This document shows positions 39,271-54,816 of a stretch of DNA of 64,000 nt, piece by piece (within the stretch, counting starts at the first letter, position 1; each line of letters opens with the position of its first letter). The notes under the pieces are model-generated. The model was not told the origin of the DNA, made no database searches, and was given only the letters and a program-made list of their open reading frames with translations. Both the position numbers and the translations under genes were made by a program. Location of the stretch: assembly GCA_965214405.1 (NCBI GenBank), contig OZ243956.1, positions 3,840,001 through 3,904,000 of the forward strand, in the 5' to 3' direction. The stretch is from Trueperaceae bacterium. Its GTDB lineage: Bacteria; Deinococcota; Deinococci; Deinococcales; Trueperaceae.

Positions 39271-40242
39271 ATGAACCGAATGACGCTACGCTTACTTTTG
39301 GCTCTTTTCGTCCTGCTGTCGGGGGTCGGCCTGACGTTCGCTCAAGAACCGCCGCAGTCGCTGCGGATTATGGCCCCTGCCTCGCCGGGGGGCGGCTGGG
39401 ACGGGACCTCGAGGGCGATGCAAACCGTGCTGCAAGAAACGGGCCTCGTCCCGCAGGTCGAAGTCTACAACGTGCCCGGCGCGGGCGGCACGGTGGGGCT
39501 GGCGCAACTCGCCACTAGCGAGGCAGGCAACGGCGACCTGCTCATGATGATGGGTCTGGTGATGGTGGGCTCTATTCTGACCAACGACGCGCCCGTGACC
39601 CTGGACCAGGCCACGCCCATCGCGCGCCTTACTGCCGAATACGAGGTGGTGGTGGTGCCTGCGAATTCCGAGTTTGAGACGCTCGAGAATTTGCTCACAG
39701 CCCTCAGAGAAGACCCCGGCGCGGTGTCCTGGGGCGGCGGCTCGGCGGGCGGCATCGACCACATTCTGGTGGGGCTGATTGCGCAAGAGGCGGGGGTGGA
39801 CCCCACGGAAATTAACTACATCCCCTTCTCGGGTGGGGGCGAGGCGCTAGCTTCTATCTTGGGCGGTCAGGTGTCGGCGGGCGTGTCCGGGTATTCCGAG
39901 TGGGCGGGTCAGATCGAGTCGGGCGAGCTGCGCGTGCTGGGCATCTCCTCGCCCGAGCGCCAAGAGGGCATCGACGCGCCGACGCTTATGGAAGGCGGCG
40001 TGAATCTGGACATCGCCAACTGGCGCGGCGTAGTCGCGCCTCCCGATTTGAGCGACGAGGAGCGCGCCGCGCTCGTCACCACGATGGACGAGATGGTCGA
40101 GACTGAGGCGTGGCAAGAGACGCTGACGCGGTTTAACTGGACGGGCGCTTACCTTTCTGGCGACGCTTTTGACGAATATCTGGCGAGTGAAAAGATGCGC
40201 GTGACGGAAGTGCTCACAGAGATTGGTCTGGTCAACCCGTAG
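39271..40242 (+). CDS. tctC: Tripartite tricarboxylate transporter substrate-binding protein
   Basis: Signal peptide; PASPGGGWD, NVPGAGGTVG, GGGEA, NWRGV. Confidence 0.92.
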   Translation: MNRMTLRLLLALFVLLSGVGLTFAQEPPQSLRIMAPASPGGGWDGTSRAMQTVLQETGLVPQVEVYNVPGAGGTVGLAQLATSEAGNGDLLMMMGLVMVGSILTNDAPVTLDQATPIARLTAEYEVVVVPANSEFETLENLLTALREDPGAVSWGGGSAGGIDHILVGLIAQEAGVDPTEINYIPFSGGGEALASILGGQVSAGVSGYSEWAGQIESGELRVLGISSPERQEGIDAPTLMEGGVNLDIANWRGVVAPPDLSDEERAALVTTMDEMVETEAWQETLTRFNWTGAYLSGDAFDEYLASEKMRVTEVLTEIGLVNP

Positions 40243-40803
40243 GTGAAACCGCCGCCCGCTGACGCTCGAGCCGGGGCAGAAAGTGAAAGAGAAGCAGTGG
40301 ACGAGGCGGGCGTTTCCTGGGGCGACGTCGTCATCGCCCTGGGGACGCTCGCGCTGGGAACTTATTTCATTATAGGCGCGTTCAACATCCGCGTGCTTTC
40401 TTCTTACGCCCGCGTCGGGCCGCGCTTTTTCCCGTTCCTGGTCGCGGCGGGTCTGCTCCTTTGCGGCGCGCTGCTCCTCATTGGCGCGTTGCGCGGCGAG
40501 CGGGCGCTGCCGGAGGGGGGTGAAGACGTAGACGTAGACGCGCCCGCCGATTGGTGGGCGGTTCTTATGGTGAGCGTGGCGCTCCTCGCCGACATCCTGC
40601 TCATCGAACGGCTCGGGTTTGTGCTCGCCTCAACCGTGCTCTTTTGGGGCGTGGCCTTTGGCTTCGGGAGCCGCCGCTATTTGCGCGACGCGCTCGTCGG
40701 CCTCATCCTCGCAGCGGTGGTGTACGGCGCTTTCACGCGCCTTTTGGACCTCAATTTGCCCGCGGGCGTGTTGCCCCTCGCTCTGCTCTCCATAGGAGGC
40801 TAG
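40243..40803 (+). CDS. tctB: Tripartite tricarboxylate transporter small subunit
   Basis: Four-TM protein with GPRFFP and LNLPAG; lies between tctC and tctA. Confidence 0.9.
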   Translation: MKPPPADARAGAESEREAVDEAGVSWGDVVIALGTLALGTYFIIGAFNIRVLSSYARVGPRFFPFLVAAGLLLCGALLLIGALRGERALPEGGEDVDVDAPADWWAVLMVSVALLADILLIERLGFVLASTVLFWGVAFGFGSRRYLRDALVGLILAAVVYGAFTRLLDLNLPAGVLPLALLSIGG

Positions 40804-40804
40804 G

Positions 40805-42296
<1,492 letters not shown>

Positions 42297-42310
<14 letters not shown>

Positions 42311-43484
42311 GCTTTTCCAAGCGCTCGCTCGCCTCTTTAAGCGCCTCGTCCGACTTACAAAAAGCGAAGCGCACGAGGTGCTTGGCGAGAGGCTTATGCG
42401 GCTCGCTGTAAAAGGCGCTCGGCGGGATGGCGACGACGCCTATTTGTTCGGGCAACGCGTCGCAGAGGCTCACGTCGTCCCCGAATCCCAAGGCGGAACT
42501 TTCGGCGATGACGAAGTAACCGCCCTGCGGGACGAGCGGCTTTAAGGGCGTGTTGCTAAGCGCGTCCACCAGCGCGTCGCGCCTCCTTAGATAGTCACCG
42601 AGCAGCGTTTCGTAGTAGTCTCGAGCCCCCGCCTCACGTAGCAGCGTCGCCGAGGCCACCTGCAAGGGCGTCGCCACCGTGTAAGGAATCCACTGGTGCG
42701 CCATGCGCAGGGCGTGAATGAGGTTTTCAGGACCCACCGCCCAACCGACCTTCCAGCCTGTGACCGAAAAGGTCTTGCCGATGGACGAGATCGTTATGGT
42801 GCGTTCCCAACCGCCGGGGCGGCTCGCCACCGACACGTGTTTTGTAAAAGCAAGATGCTCGTAAACCTCGTCGCTGATGATAACCGCGTCAAAGGTCTCG
42901 GCAAGCCCAATGATGGCGTCGAGTTCATCTTCTGAAAAAACCTTGCCTGTCGGGTTGTGCGGCGTGTTAATAATAATGGCCTTGGTTTTGTTGTTGAACG
43001 CCCCTCTGAGTTCATCAAGCTCGAGCGCCCACTCCCCATCCTCTTGTGGATGAAGCGGCACATAACGGGGCACGCCCCCGGCCATGTGTACGTCGGCGGG
43101 GTAGGCGTCGTAGAAGGGCTCGAGCAGCACCACCTCGTCCCCCGGATTGATGAGCGCCTGCATAACGGCAAAAAGCGCCTCGGTTGCGCCCACGGTGACT
43201 TGGATGTTCTTCACGGGGTCCAGCGTGCGCCCCAGAGACGCGCCCGTTTTCTCGGCCAAGGCGTCCAATAAGATAGGCACCCCCGGCAGCGGCGGGTACT
43301 GCTGCGGTCCCGAGGCGGCCTCGCGCAGCGCTTCGAGCGCGAACGCGGGCGGCGCGAAATCGGGGAAGCCCTGGCCCAGGTTGACCGCGCCGTACTCTTG
43401 CGCCAAACGCGTGTAGCGGGAGAAGACGGTCTCGCCAAAGGGGGCGATGCGCCTGCTTCCTACGGGCTGCGTAGTGGAATTCAT
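42297..43484 (-). CDS. Class I/II PLP-dependent aminotransferase
   Basis: [38 protein letters not shown]. Confidence 0.93.
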
Positions 43485-43616
43485 GGGGGAAGCATACCGT
43501 GTTTGTTAGGAGCTACACGGGTTTTGGGGCGGCTTTTGAGCAAGCGTTCACGTCACTCTGACATGAAAAAGGGAAGGCGCAGCGCTAAGGTATGCTGCCC
43601 TTATAGCACCACAAGG

Positions 43617-43973
43617 TCAACAGAGAACTTCAATGGTAAACCCACCTGGTGCTTTACAGTAAAACGTCCAAGACCCATGAAACCGCCGAGGCGGTTTCAC
43701 GTCAAAGCCATCGTCCTTGAGTTGCCGGTTGATTTCGTTGACCTTCTCTTCGCTTCCCTGGATAAAGCCAATATGAAAACTTGCTGGATACTTGACCTCA
43801 GCCGTTTCCCCAACCTTCATCAAGGTAAGCACTAAATTCGCATCGTCGAACATCACATCAAAGCTGTCGTCGCTTTCTACCCCTTCGACGCTGTGGAGAC
43901 CAAAATACTTTTCCAAGAACGCTCGCGTCCTGGGTACATCGCTGACCGTGAGATTAAGGTGATTCAGCTTCAT
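43617..43973 (-). CDS. VOC/glyoxalase family protein
   Basis: LNHLNLTV, FHIGF, PGGFTIEV. Confidence 0.88.
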   Translation of the reverse strand: MKLNHLNLTVSDVPRTRAFLEKYFGLHSVEGVESDDSFDVMFDDANLVLTLMKVGETAEVKYPASFHIGFIQGSEEKVNEINRQLKDDGFDVKPPRRFHGSWTFYCKAPGGFTIEVLC

Positions 43974-44188
43974 AGCTGTTCTATCCTAACTTGAAGAGCA
44001 GTCAGCAGCATAACTAGAACTAAACCGTTCCGGCGACTCCTTTTGAGCTCCTCAGGCGTAATCACAGTTGATTCGCCTTAGTTTACCCTAAGGTGAGTTT
44101 TTGGTTTTAACTAAAGGGCTTTATAAAGAGAGAAGCGTGTGGACATTTTGCACACGCTCCTCCAAATCTTTCGCTGATACGTCTTTTT

Positions 44189-47100
44189 CTACGGCTCGAG
44201 CACAAACACCGCCGTCGTCCGCGGTTGGACGATAAAGGTCCCCTCTTCAAACCTCGAGAAGCGGCTCTGCACATCCCCAGACGCCCGCTGCACCGGGTGA
44301 AGGCTGAGGGTCTGCCCCTCAAAAGCCAAGACCGGGAGCCGCTGCATCTCATCGGTGGCGTTAAATACCACCACGACGGCCTCATAATTGGGGCCTAAGT
44401 CCTCACCCACCTCGTCCGACAAACCCATGACGATGATGCCGGGAACCTGTGCGGGGCCGGTGTTGTAAAAGGTGAGGCGCGCTTTCACCTCGTCGGCGGT
44501 TTGCAGGTGGAAAAGGGGAGAGCTTTGGCGAATCTCGAGCATCTCCCGAAGGTGAGCCACCGCCGCGGTGACGGCTGCTTCGTTCGTTCTTAACGCAGTC
44601 TGGGTTAGTAGGGGGCGCATCAGGGGCCAGCCCTCCTCGTTCGCCCAGGCGGGCGGCAGGCCGACGCCCCAGTTGTTCGCGCCGTAGGAAAAATCGAGCT
44701 TGTTAAACCAATCGCCTGAGTCGTACGAGTCGCGGTCGAGAGATTTTGAACGCAGCATGTCGCTTCCCGCGTGGAAAAAGGGTACACCCTGAGAGAGCGC
44801 GACGATAGCCAGGCCCATGTTCTGCGCCCGCACCCGCTCGCTTAGCGGGGTGTCCGCGGCGTGCTTGTATTGTGAGATGTCCCACAGCGTCTCGTTGTCG
44901 TGCGCGGACACGTAGACGATGTTTTCCTGTGGGTCTTGCGTGTAGCCCGTGGGCGAGCCGTTGTAGTCCACGTCTGCGCCGGTGACGGTTTCGCCGTTGC
45001 GGTCCATAAAGATGTAGCCCGCCAGATTGCCCGCGAGTCCCACCCGAATTTGGTCGGCGGCGAGCAGGAGCCTATCTTTTTGTTCTTCTAAAGATGCCTC
45101 CACCGCCGCGTTGGGGGCGTAGTAGAGGCCGCTGATAAAGCCTTGATTGGTCACCTTGCCTTCGGGGCTGTCGAAGGGACCGCCGCCGCGTACCGCGTCG
45201 CGCAGCCTATCGTTAAAGGTGCCGATGCCCATGCCCGCGACGTTCGCCTGGGTCGCGTTCACGCCCCGCGCGTTGTCCGCCACCTCGCCAAAGTTCCAGC
45301 CCTCGCCGTAGACGTAGATGTTGGCACCGTCCACGCCGTCCTCCTCGAGCGTGAGCTCGTCCAACGCCTCGCGGACGTTTTGCATGTTGGCGAGCATGTG
45401 GTGGCCCATCAAATCAAAGCGGAAGCCGTCCACCTTATAGTCTTCCGCCCAGGTGAGGAGCGAGTCGATCATCAGCCGCTCCATCATGGCGTGCTCGGTG
45501 GCGGTGTTCTGGCAGCAGGTCGAGGTCTCGACGAAGCCGTCTGCGTTCAGGCGGTGGTAGTAGCCGGGAACGACCTTGTCCAAAACCGAACGCTCATCTT
45601 GCCCGCTGGCGTTGGTGTGGTTGTAAACCACGTCCATCACGAAGCGTAGGCCGCTTTCGTTGAGGGCCTCCACCATCTGGCGGTACTCGAGCACCCGCCC
45701 CGCTCCCTCCGGGTCGGTCGCGTAACTTCCCTCGGGCACGGTGTAGTGATAGGGGTCATAGCCCCAGTTGTACCCGTCGTCGCCGCGCACTTCACCAACG
45801 GCGGCTTGCTGTTTGGGGGAGTCGGGGGGGAAGCTTGCGAGGTCGCCCTCCGGCTCCCTCCACTCGCTCTTATTTTCGTTGATGGTGGCGATGTCGAAAG
45901 TCGGCAAAAGGTGCAGGTGGGTAAGCCCCGCCTCGGCCAAGTTTCTCAAGTGCGTCATGCCGCTCGAGTCGGGGTGAGTAAAGGCGAGGTAGGTGCCCTG
46001 CTGCTCGAGCGGCACCCCCTCATCGCCCACGCTAAAGTCGCGCATGTGGAGTTCGTAGACGCTCACGTCTTCAAAGGTCGCCAGGGGAGGCTTCTCGAGC
46101 CCGTCCCAGCCCTCGGGTTTAAGCGCCGCGTCGTTTAGGTCCACGATTTGCGAGCGCGTGGAGTTCATCGAGAGAGAGTGGGAGTAAGGGTCAGTGACGA
46201 GGTTGGTTTCGATGACTTGAGTAGTGGGCGCGTAGACTTGTACCTCGTAGAGGTAGTATTGCCCCTTCCAGTTCGCGTCGCCCGTGGTGCTCCAGACGCC
46301 CGTGGCGTCGTCGCGGCTCATCCCCAAAACCTGCGCGTCGTCCGTGTCGGCGTTTTCAAAGAGGTGCAGCTTGACGTCTTGCGCGGTGGGTGCCCACACC
46401 GAAAGCGTCGGCGTGTCCCCCTCCCACGTCACGCCCAGAGGCTGGTCGTTGGCGTAGAGGTCGTCCAGCACACCGGGAATCTGTAAGCCCGTGGCGTCTT
46501 GCAAGGTTCCCTCGGCGTCCGTGTAAGAAACGGCGGTTTGGCCCCGGAGGATGGCGGCAACGTCGGCGGTTTCGGGTACGCGGAAGGCTTGATAGCCTGC
46601 GAGGTGAGGAAACGCGTTTTGTAGAGTTTCATTCAAGGCTCCGGCGGGCTCGAGCACCACGCTCTCGCCGCCCTCGAGCCCGTTTTCACCCAGCGTCAAC
46701 CCGGCGTCGGGCGCGTAGTGAAGCGTAACTTGAGCACCCTCCGGCACTTCCCTAAGATTCCAAGCAACCGTATCGCGGCTCAGCCAATGGGCTTGGGCCT
46801 TGCCCAAATCTCCTTTGGGCGCGGCGGTGGTGGTGTCGGGTAGCTGGGTATAAATCGTATCGTTTCCCGACACAATCCAGACCTCGTACCCCATCTCGCC
46901 GGGCGTCAGAAACATGTCGGGGCCGGGGTCTTTCTCGTCGCCCTTGTGGACGATAAAGCCGAGCGTCTGGGCGTCGTCGGTGAGGCCTACGTCCCAGTAG
47001 ACGCCGTAGTCGTCCTCACCCGTAACGTCAAGCCCGTTTTCCCAGGTGACGGTCTCGGTGGTGTCCTCCCAAACGTGGAGTTTCCAACCGTCATAAACGC

Positions 47101-47218
47101 CGTCGGGGCGGGTGTAGTGGATGCGCGCGGTGTTTTCGGCTAAGTCCTGTGCAAAAGCGCCCCCGAGCGCGACGAGCCATAAAACGGATAAAAGTTTGAC
47201 AAAACGAAACATGCTCAC
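44189..47218 (-). CDS. pulA: Secreted pullulanase-type alpha-1,6-glucosidase (GH13)
   Basis: Signal peptide, N-terminal pullulanase-associated domain, YNWGYDP, DGFRFDLMGH, YGEGW, YVSAHDN. Confidence 0.93.
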   Translation of the reverse strand: MSMFRFVKLLSVLWLVALGGAFAQDLAENTARIHYTRPDGVYDGWKLHVWEDTTETVTWENGLDVTGEDDYGVYWDVGLTDDAQTLGFIVHKGDEKDPGPDMFLTPGEMGYEVWIVSGNDTIYTQLPDTTTAAPKGDLGKAQAHWLSRDTVAWNLREVPEGAQVTLHYAPDAGLTLGENGLEGGESVVLEPAGALNETLQNAFPHLAGYQAFRVPETADVAAILRGQTAVSYTDAEGTLQDATGLQIPGVLDDLYANDQPLGVTWEGDTPTLSVWAPTAQDVKLHLFENADTDDAQVLGMSRDDATGVWSTTGDANWKGQYYLYEVQVYAPTTQVIETNLVTDPYSHSLSMNSTRSQIVDLNDAALKPEGWDGLEKPPLATFEDVSVYELHMRDFSVGDEGVPLEQQGTYLAFTHPDSSGMTHLRNLAEAGLTHLHLLPTFDIATINENKSEWREPEGDLASFPPDSPKQQAAVGEVRGDDGYNWGYDPYHYTVPEGSYATDPEGAGRVLEYRQMVEALNESGLRFVMDVVYNHTNASGQDERSVLDKVVPGYYHRLNADGFVETSTCCQNTATEHAMMERLMIDSLLTWAEDYKVDGFRFDLMGHHMLANMQNVREALDELTLEEDGVDGANIYVYGEGWNFGEVADNARGVNATQANVAGMGIGTFNDRLRDAVRGGGPFDSPEGKVTNQGFISGLYYAPNAAVEASLEEQKDRLLLAADQIRVGLAGNLAGYIFMDRNGETVTGADVDYNGSPTGYTQDPQENIVYVSAHDNETLWDISQYKHAADTPLSERVRAQNMGLAIVALSQGVPFFHAGSDMLRSKSLDRDSYDSGDWFNKLDFSYGANNWGVGLPPAWANEEGWPLMRPLLTQTALRTNEAAVTAAVAHLREMLEIRQSSPLFHLQTADEVKARLTFYNTGPAQVPGIIVMGLSDEVGEDLGPNYEAVVVVFNATDEMQRLPVLAFEGQTLSLHPVQRASGDVQSRFSRFEEGTFIVQPRTTAVFVLEP

Positions 47219-47371
47219 CCCTTTTGGATACTAAGGTTTACCCACTATGGCACGTTCCCTTGGGCTCGAGCAAATCCACACACTTGAAACTTACCGTGAT
47301 ATCTTCTGTTGCGAATCTTGGGTGCCAAGGGGAGAGAGCTAACCCTACAAAATGTAAAAGAGCATGAGAAG

Positions 47372-47391
47372 AGGGGCGCTCGAGCGCCCCT
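47372..47391 (-). terminator. Perfect 20-bp palindrome; probable terminator of the act operon
   Basis: AGGGGCGCTCGAGCGCCCCT followed on the minus strand by CTTCTCATGCTCTTTT. Confidence 0.5.
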
Positions 47392-47441
47392 ACACCAACA
47401 CGTGTGTTTGAAACCCAATGACCGTTTGACTACTCGTTTGA

Positions 47442-47864
47442 CTACTGTCCTTGACCGCCCGTCCCACCACCTGTGGCGCTTCCTGCGTTCTCTCCTGCGC
47501 CCGCCGGGTCCCCGGTTTCAGGTTCGGCGCTGGGCGCGACGGGGTCAGCCTCCGCGTCGCCCGTCACGTTGCCATACTGGATGTTGGTCACCCCGCGTTC
47601 GGCCACAAGCTCCATCGCCTGCTCGATGGGAATGGTGATCCGGCCTGTGGTTTCGTTGCGGCTGTAGTTGCCTATGGCCGCCGCGGCGGTGGTCAGGGTT
47701 TGCTCATACTGCGTGGTGTCGGCGGGCGTGTACTGGCCCTGGGGCCGCGCCGAAATGAGCACCAGGATAAGGACCAAAGCGGCCACCGCGCCAATCCCGC
47801 CCATGATGAACAGCACACGCGTTTCGCCCTCGGTGAGTAGGTAGTCGCGCGGGGCCTTAGGCAT
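47442..47864 (-). CDS. actG: Alternative complex III small subunit (ActG-like)
   Basis: Single TM, ITIPIEQAMELVAERG motif, last gene of the coupled operon. Confidence 0.7.
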   Translation of the reverse strand: MPKAPRDYLLTEGETRVLFIMGGIGAVAALVLILVLISARPQGQYTPADTTQYEQTLTTAAAAIGNYSRNETTGRITIPIEQAMELVAERGVTNIQYGNVTGDAEADPVAPSAEPETGDPAGAGENAGSATGGGTGGQGQ

Positions 47865-49077
47865 GTTCGGCTCCCAGCTTGGTCGCGGTCTCGGGCGTGA
47901 GCGGGTGCGGGTCAGCAGTCAGCCTGGGGTCGTGCAAGGGCAAGAGTGGCCGGGTCCGCAGGCGGGCCACAAAGGCCGCCACCCAGAGGCCGCCGAGACC
48001 GACGACCGCGGTGACGTCGAGGATGTGAAAGGGAATCTCACGGTCGTACGCCGGGACGATAATCCAGTAAAGGTCCACGAGCCGCATGACCAATATCCAC
48101 GCGGCTACCGCAACGAGCGCGCGCCGCTTGCGCTTGACCCAGCGCGAGAAAAGGATCAAAAAAGGCAGCGCGAAGTGGAGCACGAGCAAAACGAGCGCGA
48201 TGACGTTCCAGCCGCCGCTAAGGCGAACGACGTACCACGAACTTGTCTCAATGGTGTTGTTCGACCAAAGGATGATGAGCTGTGAAAACGACACATACGC
48301 CCAGAAGAGGGTAAAGGCCATTAAAAAGTTGCCCAAGTCTTGCAAGCGCTTGGCATTTAGAAGTTCATCAATGGCCTCGTTTCGCGTCAAAAACACCATA
48401 AAGATGATGAGAAACGCGACCGCCGTGATGGCCTGGCCGATCATGATGATCACGCCGTAGATGCCAGAAAACCATTCGGGCGACAACGACATGCCCCAGT
48501 CGATGGCGGCCAAGGTCATGGTGAGGACGAACACGACGATGCCCGGCCCTGCGCCGTTCCTGAACCGCTCTCTAATCTTTTCCGCCGCCGCTTGGTCCCC
48601 GCTCCGGTCTTGTCTATCTGACAGCCGCGTGTAGTGAAGAGCCATCACGATCCAGACGGCAAAATAAAGCGCCGTGCGGAGAATGAAAAAGGGCGTGTTG
48701 AGCCAGCCCTGCTTGGCCTGCAATATCGGATTGGCCGCGACCACCTCGGCGTGCGACCATTCGTAAAGGTAGCCGATGCCAAAAAAGATGGGGATAAAGA
48801 GCAGCGCCATGAGAGGCAAGATCATCGTCCCGGCCTCTAGGGGACGCCGGATGAGCGCCCCCCACGAACCGCCCGCCAAGTGCTGCACCAGCAGCATCAC
48901 CAAGCAACCCATCGAGAGCCCGAACCAGAACAGGTAGGCGTAAAGGTAAGACTCGAAAAAGCCGCTAAGCCCGAAAAACGCCAGCACGATAGAGGCAACG
49001 AGGCCCAACACGCCGATCACCAGAGACGCGCGTAAAAGGCGCTCGAAGCGGGGGGCGAGGGTGCGGTCGCGCGTCAC
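47857..49077 (-). CDS. actF: Alternative complex III membrane subunit F
   Basis: ~10 TM; DWGMSLSPEWFSGIYG, DLGNFL, FWAYVSFSQ; GTGA overlap with actE. Confidence 0.9.
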   Translation of the reverse strand: MTRDRTLAPRFERLLRASLVIGVLGLVASIVLAFFGLSGFFESYLYAYLFWFGLSMGCLVMLLVQHLAGGSWGALIRRPLEAGTMILPLMALLFIPIFFGIGYLYEWSHAEVVAANPILQAKQGWLNTPFFILRTALYFAVWIVMALHYTRLSDRQDRSGDQAAAEKIRERFRNGAGPGIVVFVLTMTLAAIDWGMSLSPEWFSGIYGVIIMIGQAITAVAFLIIFMVFLTRNEAIDELLNAKRLQDLGNFLMAFTLFWAYVSFSQLIILWSNNTIETSSWYVVRLSGGWNVIALVLLVLHFALPFLILFSRWVKRKRRALVAVAAWILVMRLVDLYWIIVPAYDREIPFHILDVTAVVGLGGLWVAAFVARLRTRPLLPLHDPRLTADPHPLTPETATKLGAEHA

Positions 49078-49685
49078 CGGGAGGCTCCTTGGGCGCCGAG
49101 CGCTTGCAGAACGTCTGCGGGCACATCGTCCGGCGTCGCGTTTTGGCTCAGTTGCAGCGCCTTGATGTAAGCCGAGATGGCCCAACGGTCCTCGGGCGGA
49201 ATCCGTGACGCGTAAGGATACATCCTGCCAAAGCCGTTGGTGATGGCGTTGTAGAAGTAGCCGACGGGCTGTGCCAGGAGGCGTTCTTCGTGAAACGACG
49301 CGGGCGGCACGAAGCCTTTTTGGATGATCATCCCGCCGCCGTAGCCCGAAAAGTTGTGGCAGGGCGAGCAGTAGATGTTGTAGCGCTCCTGACCACGCTC
49401 GAGCACGTCATAGGTCAAGGGAATCGGTAGCTCGGTCAAGAGCCCGTTCTCGCCCACGCCCGTAAAAAACGAGGCGTCGGTGCCGCCGCGCTTGCGCGAG
49501 ACGGTGCCGTCAATCAGCGGGCGGGACGAAGTGCCGTTCTCGAACAGGTTGCTTTGGTCGTAGGTCCCGTACTTGGCCTGGTTGTACATGTTGCGACCGC
49601 AGCCGCTTAGAGCGCCGCTCAGCAGGAGCAAGGCGCAAACGAGCAGCGCGAGGCGAGGCGGGCGGGTGGGATAGGATGACATCAT
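49074..49685 (-). CDS. actE: Alternative complex III monohaem cytochrome c lipoprotein
   Basis: Lipobox LSGC; CSPCH; DRWAISAYIKALQ. Confidence 0.9.
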   Translation of the reverse strand: MMSSYPTRPPRLALLVCALLLLSGALSGCGRNMYNQAKYGTYDQSNLFENGTSSRPLIDGTVSRKRGGTDASFFTGVGENGLLTELPIPLTYDVLERGQERYNIYCSPCHNFSGYGGGMIIQKGFVPPASFHEERLLAQPVGYFYNAITNGFGRMYPYASRIPPEDRWAISAYIKALQLSQNATPDDVPADVLQALGAQGASR

Positions 49686-49692
49686 CAGCTTT

Positions 49693-50271
49693 TTAACGCT
49701 CCACTTCCGAGATGCGTTCGGGTCGGGGCGAAAGCCCTTCTAAAAACGTTTTGGTGCGTTCGGGGTCGAACTTATCGTCGTCGGCCTCGATACACAAAAA
49801 GAACTTGTCGCGCGTCGCGCCCTCGAAGCCCGGCGTGTTGAAAATCGAGTGGTAGGGACGGGGCAGGCCGTTTAAGAAGAGCATAAAGAGCCCCGCGGTA
49901 AAGGCGGCGGCCAGGACGGTCATCTCGAAGGTGATGATGATGTAGTTCGGCCAGGCGTTGAGCGGCTTGCCGCCAATGTTTAGGGGATAAAACACCACCT
50001 GGGCGTACCACTGCATGAAAAAACCCGTCGCCCCGCCCAAGATGCCCATAAGCAGCACCGCCCAGCCCATCCGCGTCGGCTTAAAGCCGATGGCCTCGTC
50101 CAGGTCATGAACGGGAAAGGGGGTGTAGGCGTCCATCTTGGTGTAACCCTCCTCGCGCGCGGCGTTGGCCGCCGCAAGGATGTGCTCGGGCTCGCCAAAT
50201 TCGGCGACCAAGCCGTAGAGGTCCGCGTCCGCGAGGGCTTCCTGGTCGCTGTAGGCTCCCACAGTACTCAT
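49693..50271 (-). CDS. actD: Alternative complex III subunit D (DUF3341)
   Basis: DAYTPFPVH, YPLNIGGKP, ITFEMTVL. Confidence 0.92.
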   Translation of the reverse strand: MSTVGAYSDQEALADADLYGLVAEFGEPEHILAAANAAREEGYTKMDAYTPFPVHDLDEAIGFKPTRMGWAVLLMGILGGATGFFMQWYAQVVFYPLNIGGKPLNAWPNYIIITFEMTVLAAAFTAGLFMLFLNGLPRPYHSIFNTPGFEGATRDKFFLCIEADDDKFDPERTKTFLEGLSPRPERISEVER

Positions 50272-51690
50272 GACGGCACCGACCCTTCATTCTTAGGCTG
50301 GAAACCGGGCTGCTTGTGCTCGTCCGAAATGTGATGCGCGTCTTCGTGCGCCAACTCTTTCATTTCAGTGGTGGCAATCGACGGCAAGAGGCGGATAAAG
50401 AGGAAGAACAAGGTGGCAAAAAGGCCCATCGAACCGATGTAAAAGGTCCAGTCGTACAAAGTCGGGTTAAACTCACCCCAGGATGACGGCAAAAAGTCGT
50501 GGGTGAGCGTGACCGCGACGATGACGTAGCGCTCGAGCCACATCCCCACCGACACGATCAGCGAAATCACAAAGAGCATGGCGGTGTTCTGCCGCACGCG
50601 CTTGAGCCACAGGGGCTGAATGGCGATGACGTTGCAGAGCATGAGCGCCCAAAAAGCCCACCAGTAGCCGCCAAAAATCCGGTTGTAAATCATGTCGCGC
50701 TCGAAAACGTTGCCGCTGTACCAGGCCATAAAAATCTCGTTCGCGTAGCCGTAGCCGACGATTAATCCCGTGGCGAGCATGAGTTTGGCGGAGTTGTCCA
50801 AATGACGTTTAGTAATGAGACCTTCTAAATGAAACGCCTTGCGTAGCGGAATCGCCAGAATAAGCACCATCGCAAAGCCCGCGTACACCGCCCCCGCGAC
50901 GAAGTAGGGCGGCACGATGGTGTTGTTCCAGCCCGGCAACTGCGCCACGGCGAAGTCCATCCCGATGGTTGAGTGGACCGACAGCACGAGCGGGAATGAC
51001 AGCGCCGCCAGAATCAGGTAGGCGCGTTGGTAGCGTTGCCAGTGTTTGGTCGAGCCGCGCCAACCTAGAGAAAGCGCCGCGTAGAGAAAGCGCAGCGGCT
51101 TGAGCGTGGCCCGGTCGCGCAGGGTCGCCAGGTCGGGAATCAGCCCGATGTACCAAAAAAGCACCGACACCGACGCGTAAGTCGAGATGGCAAATAAGTC
51201 CCAGTCCAAGGGGCTCCGGAACTGCGGCCACAGCCCGTAGGTGTTGGGGTAGGGCAGCAGCCAGTAGAAGAGCCAGGGACGGCCCAAGTGCAGAATCGGA
51301 TAGAGGCCCGCGCAGACGACCGCGAAAATCGTCATCGCCTCCGCGAAGCGGTTGATCGAGGTGCGCCAGGGCTGCCTAAAGAGTAGCAGCGCCGCCGAAA
51401 TGAGCGTGCCCGCGTGGCCGATGCCGATCCACCACACAAAGTTGATGATGGGAAAACCCCAGGCGACGGGGATGTTGTTCCCGAAAATGCCCACCCCGGT
51501 GGTGATGAGGTAGACCATCGTCGCTAAATACATAGCGAGACCCAGGAGTGCAATGCCAAAGCCGACAATCCACCAGACGGGCGTGCGCTGCGGCTGCGTT
51601 AAGACGGGCGCGTCGACAACGTCGTCGATGCCGCCGTAAGTTTGTCCGGGCGCGATCACCCGGTTCGTTTCTACCACCCTGGGCCTGCGT

Positions 51691-51707
<17 letters not shown>
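50268..51707 (-). CDS. actC: Alternative complex III NrfD/PsrC-type quinol-binding subunit
   Basis: [40 protein letters not shown]. Confidence 0.95.
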
Positions 51708-54812
<3,105 letters not shown>

Positions 54813-54816
<4 letters not shown>

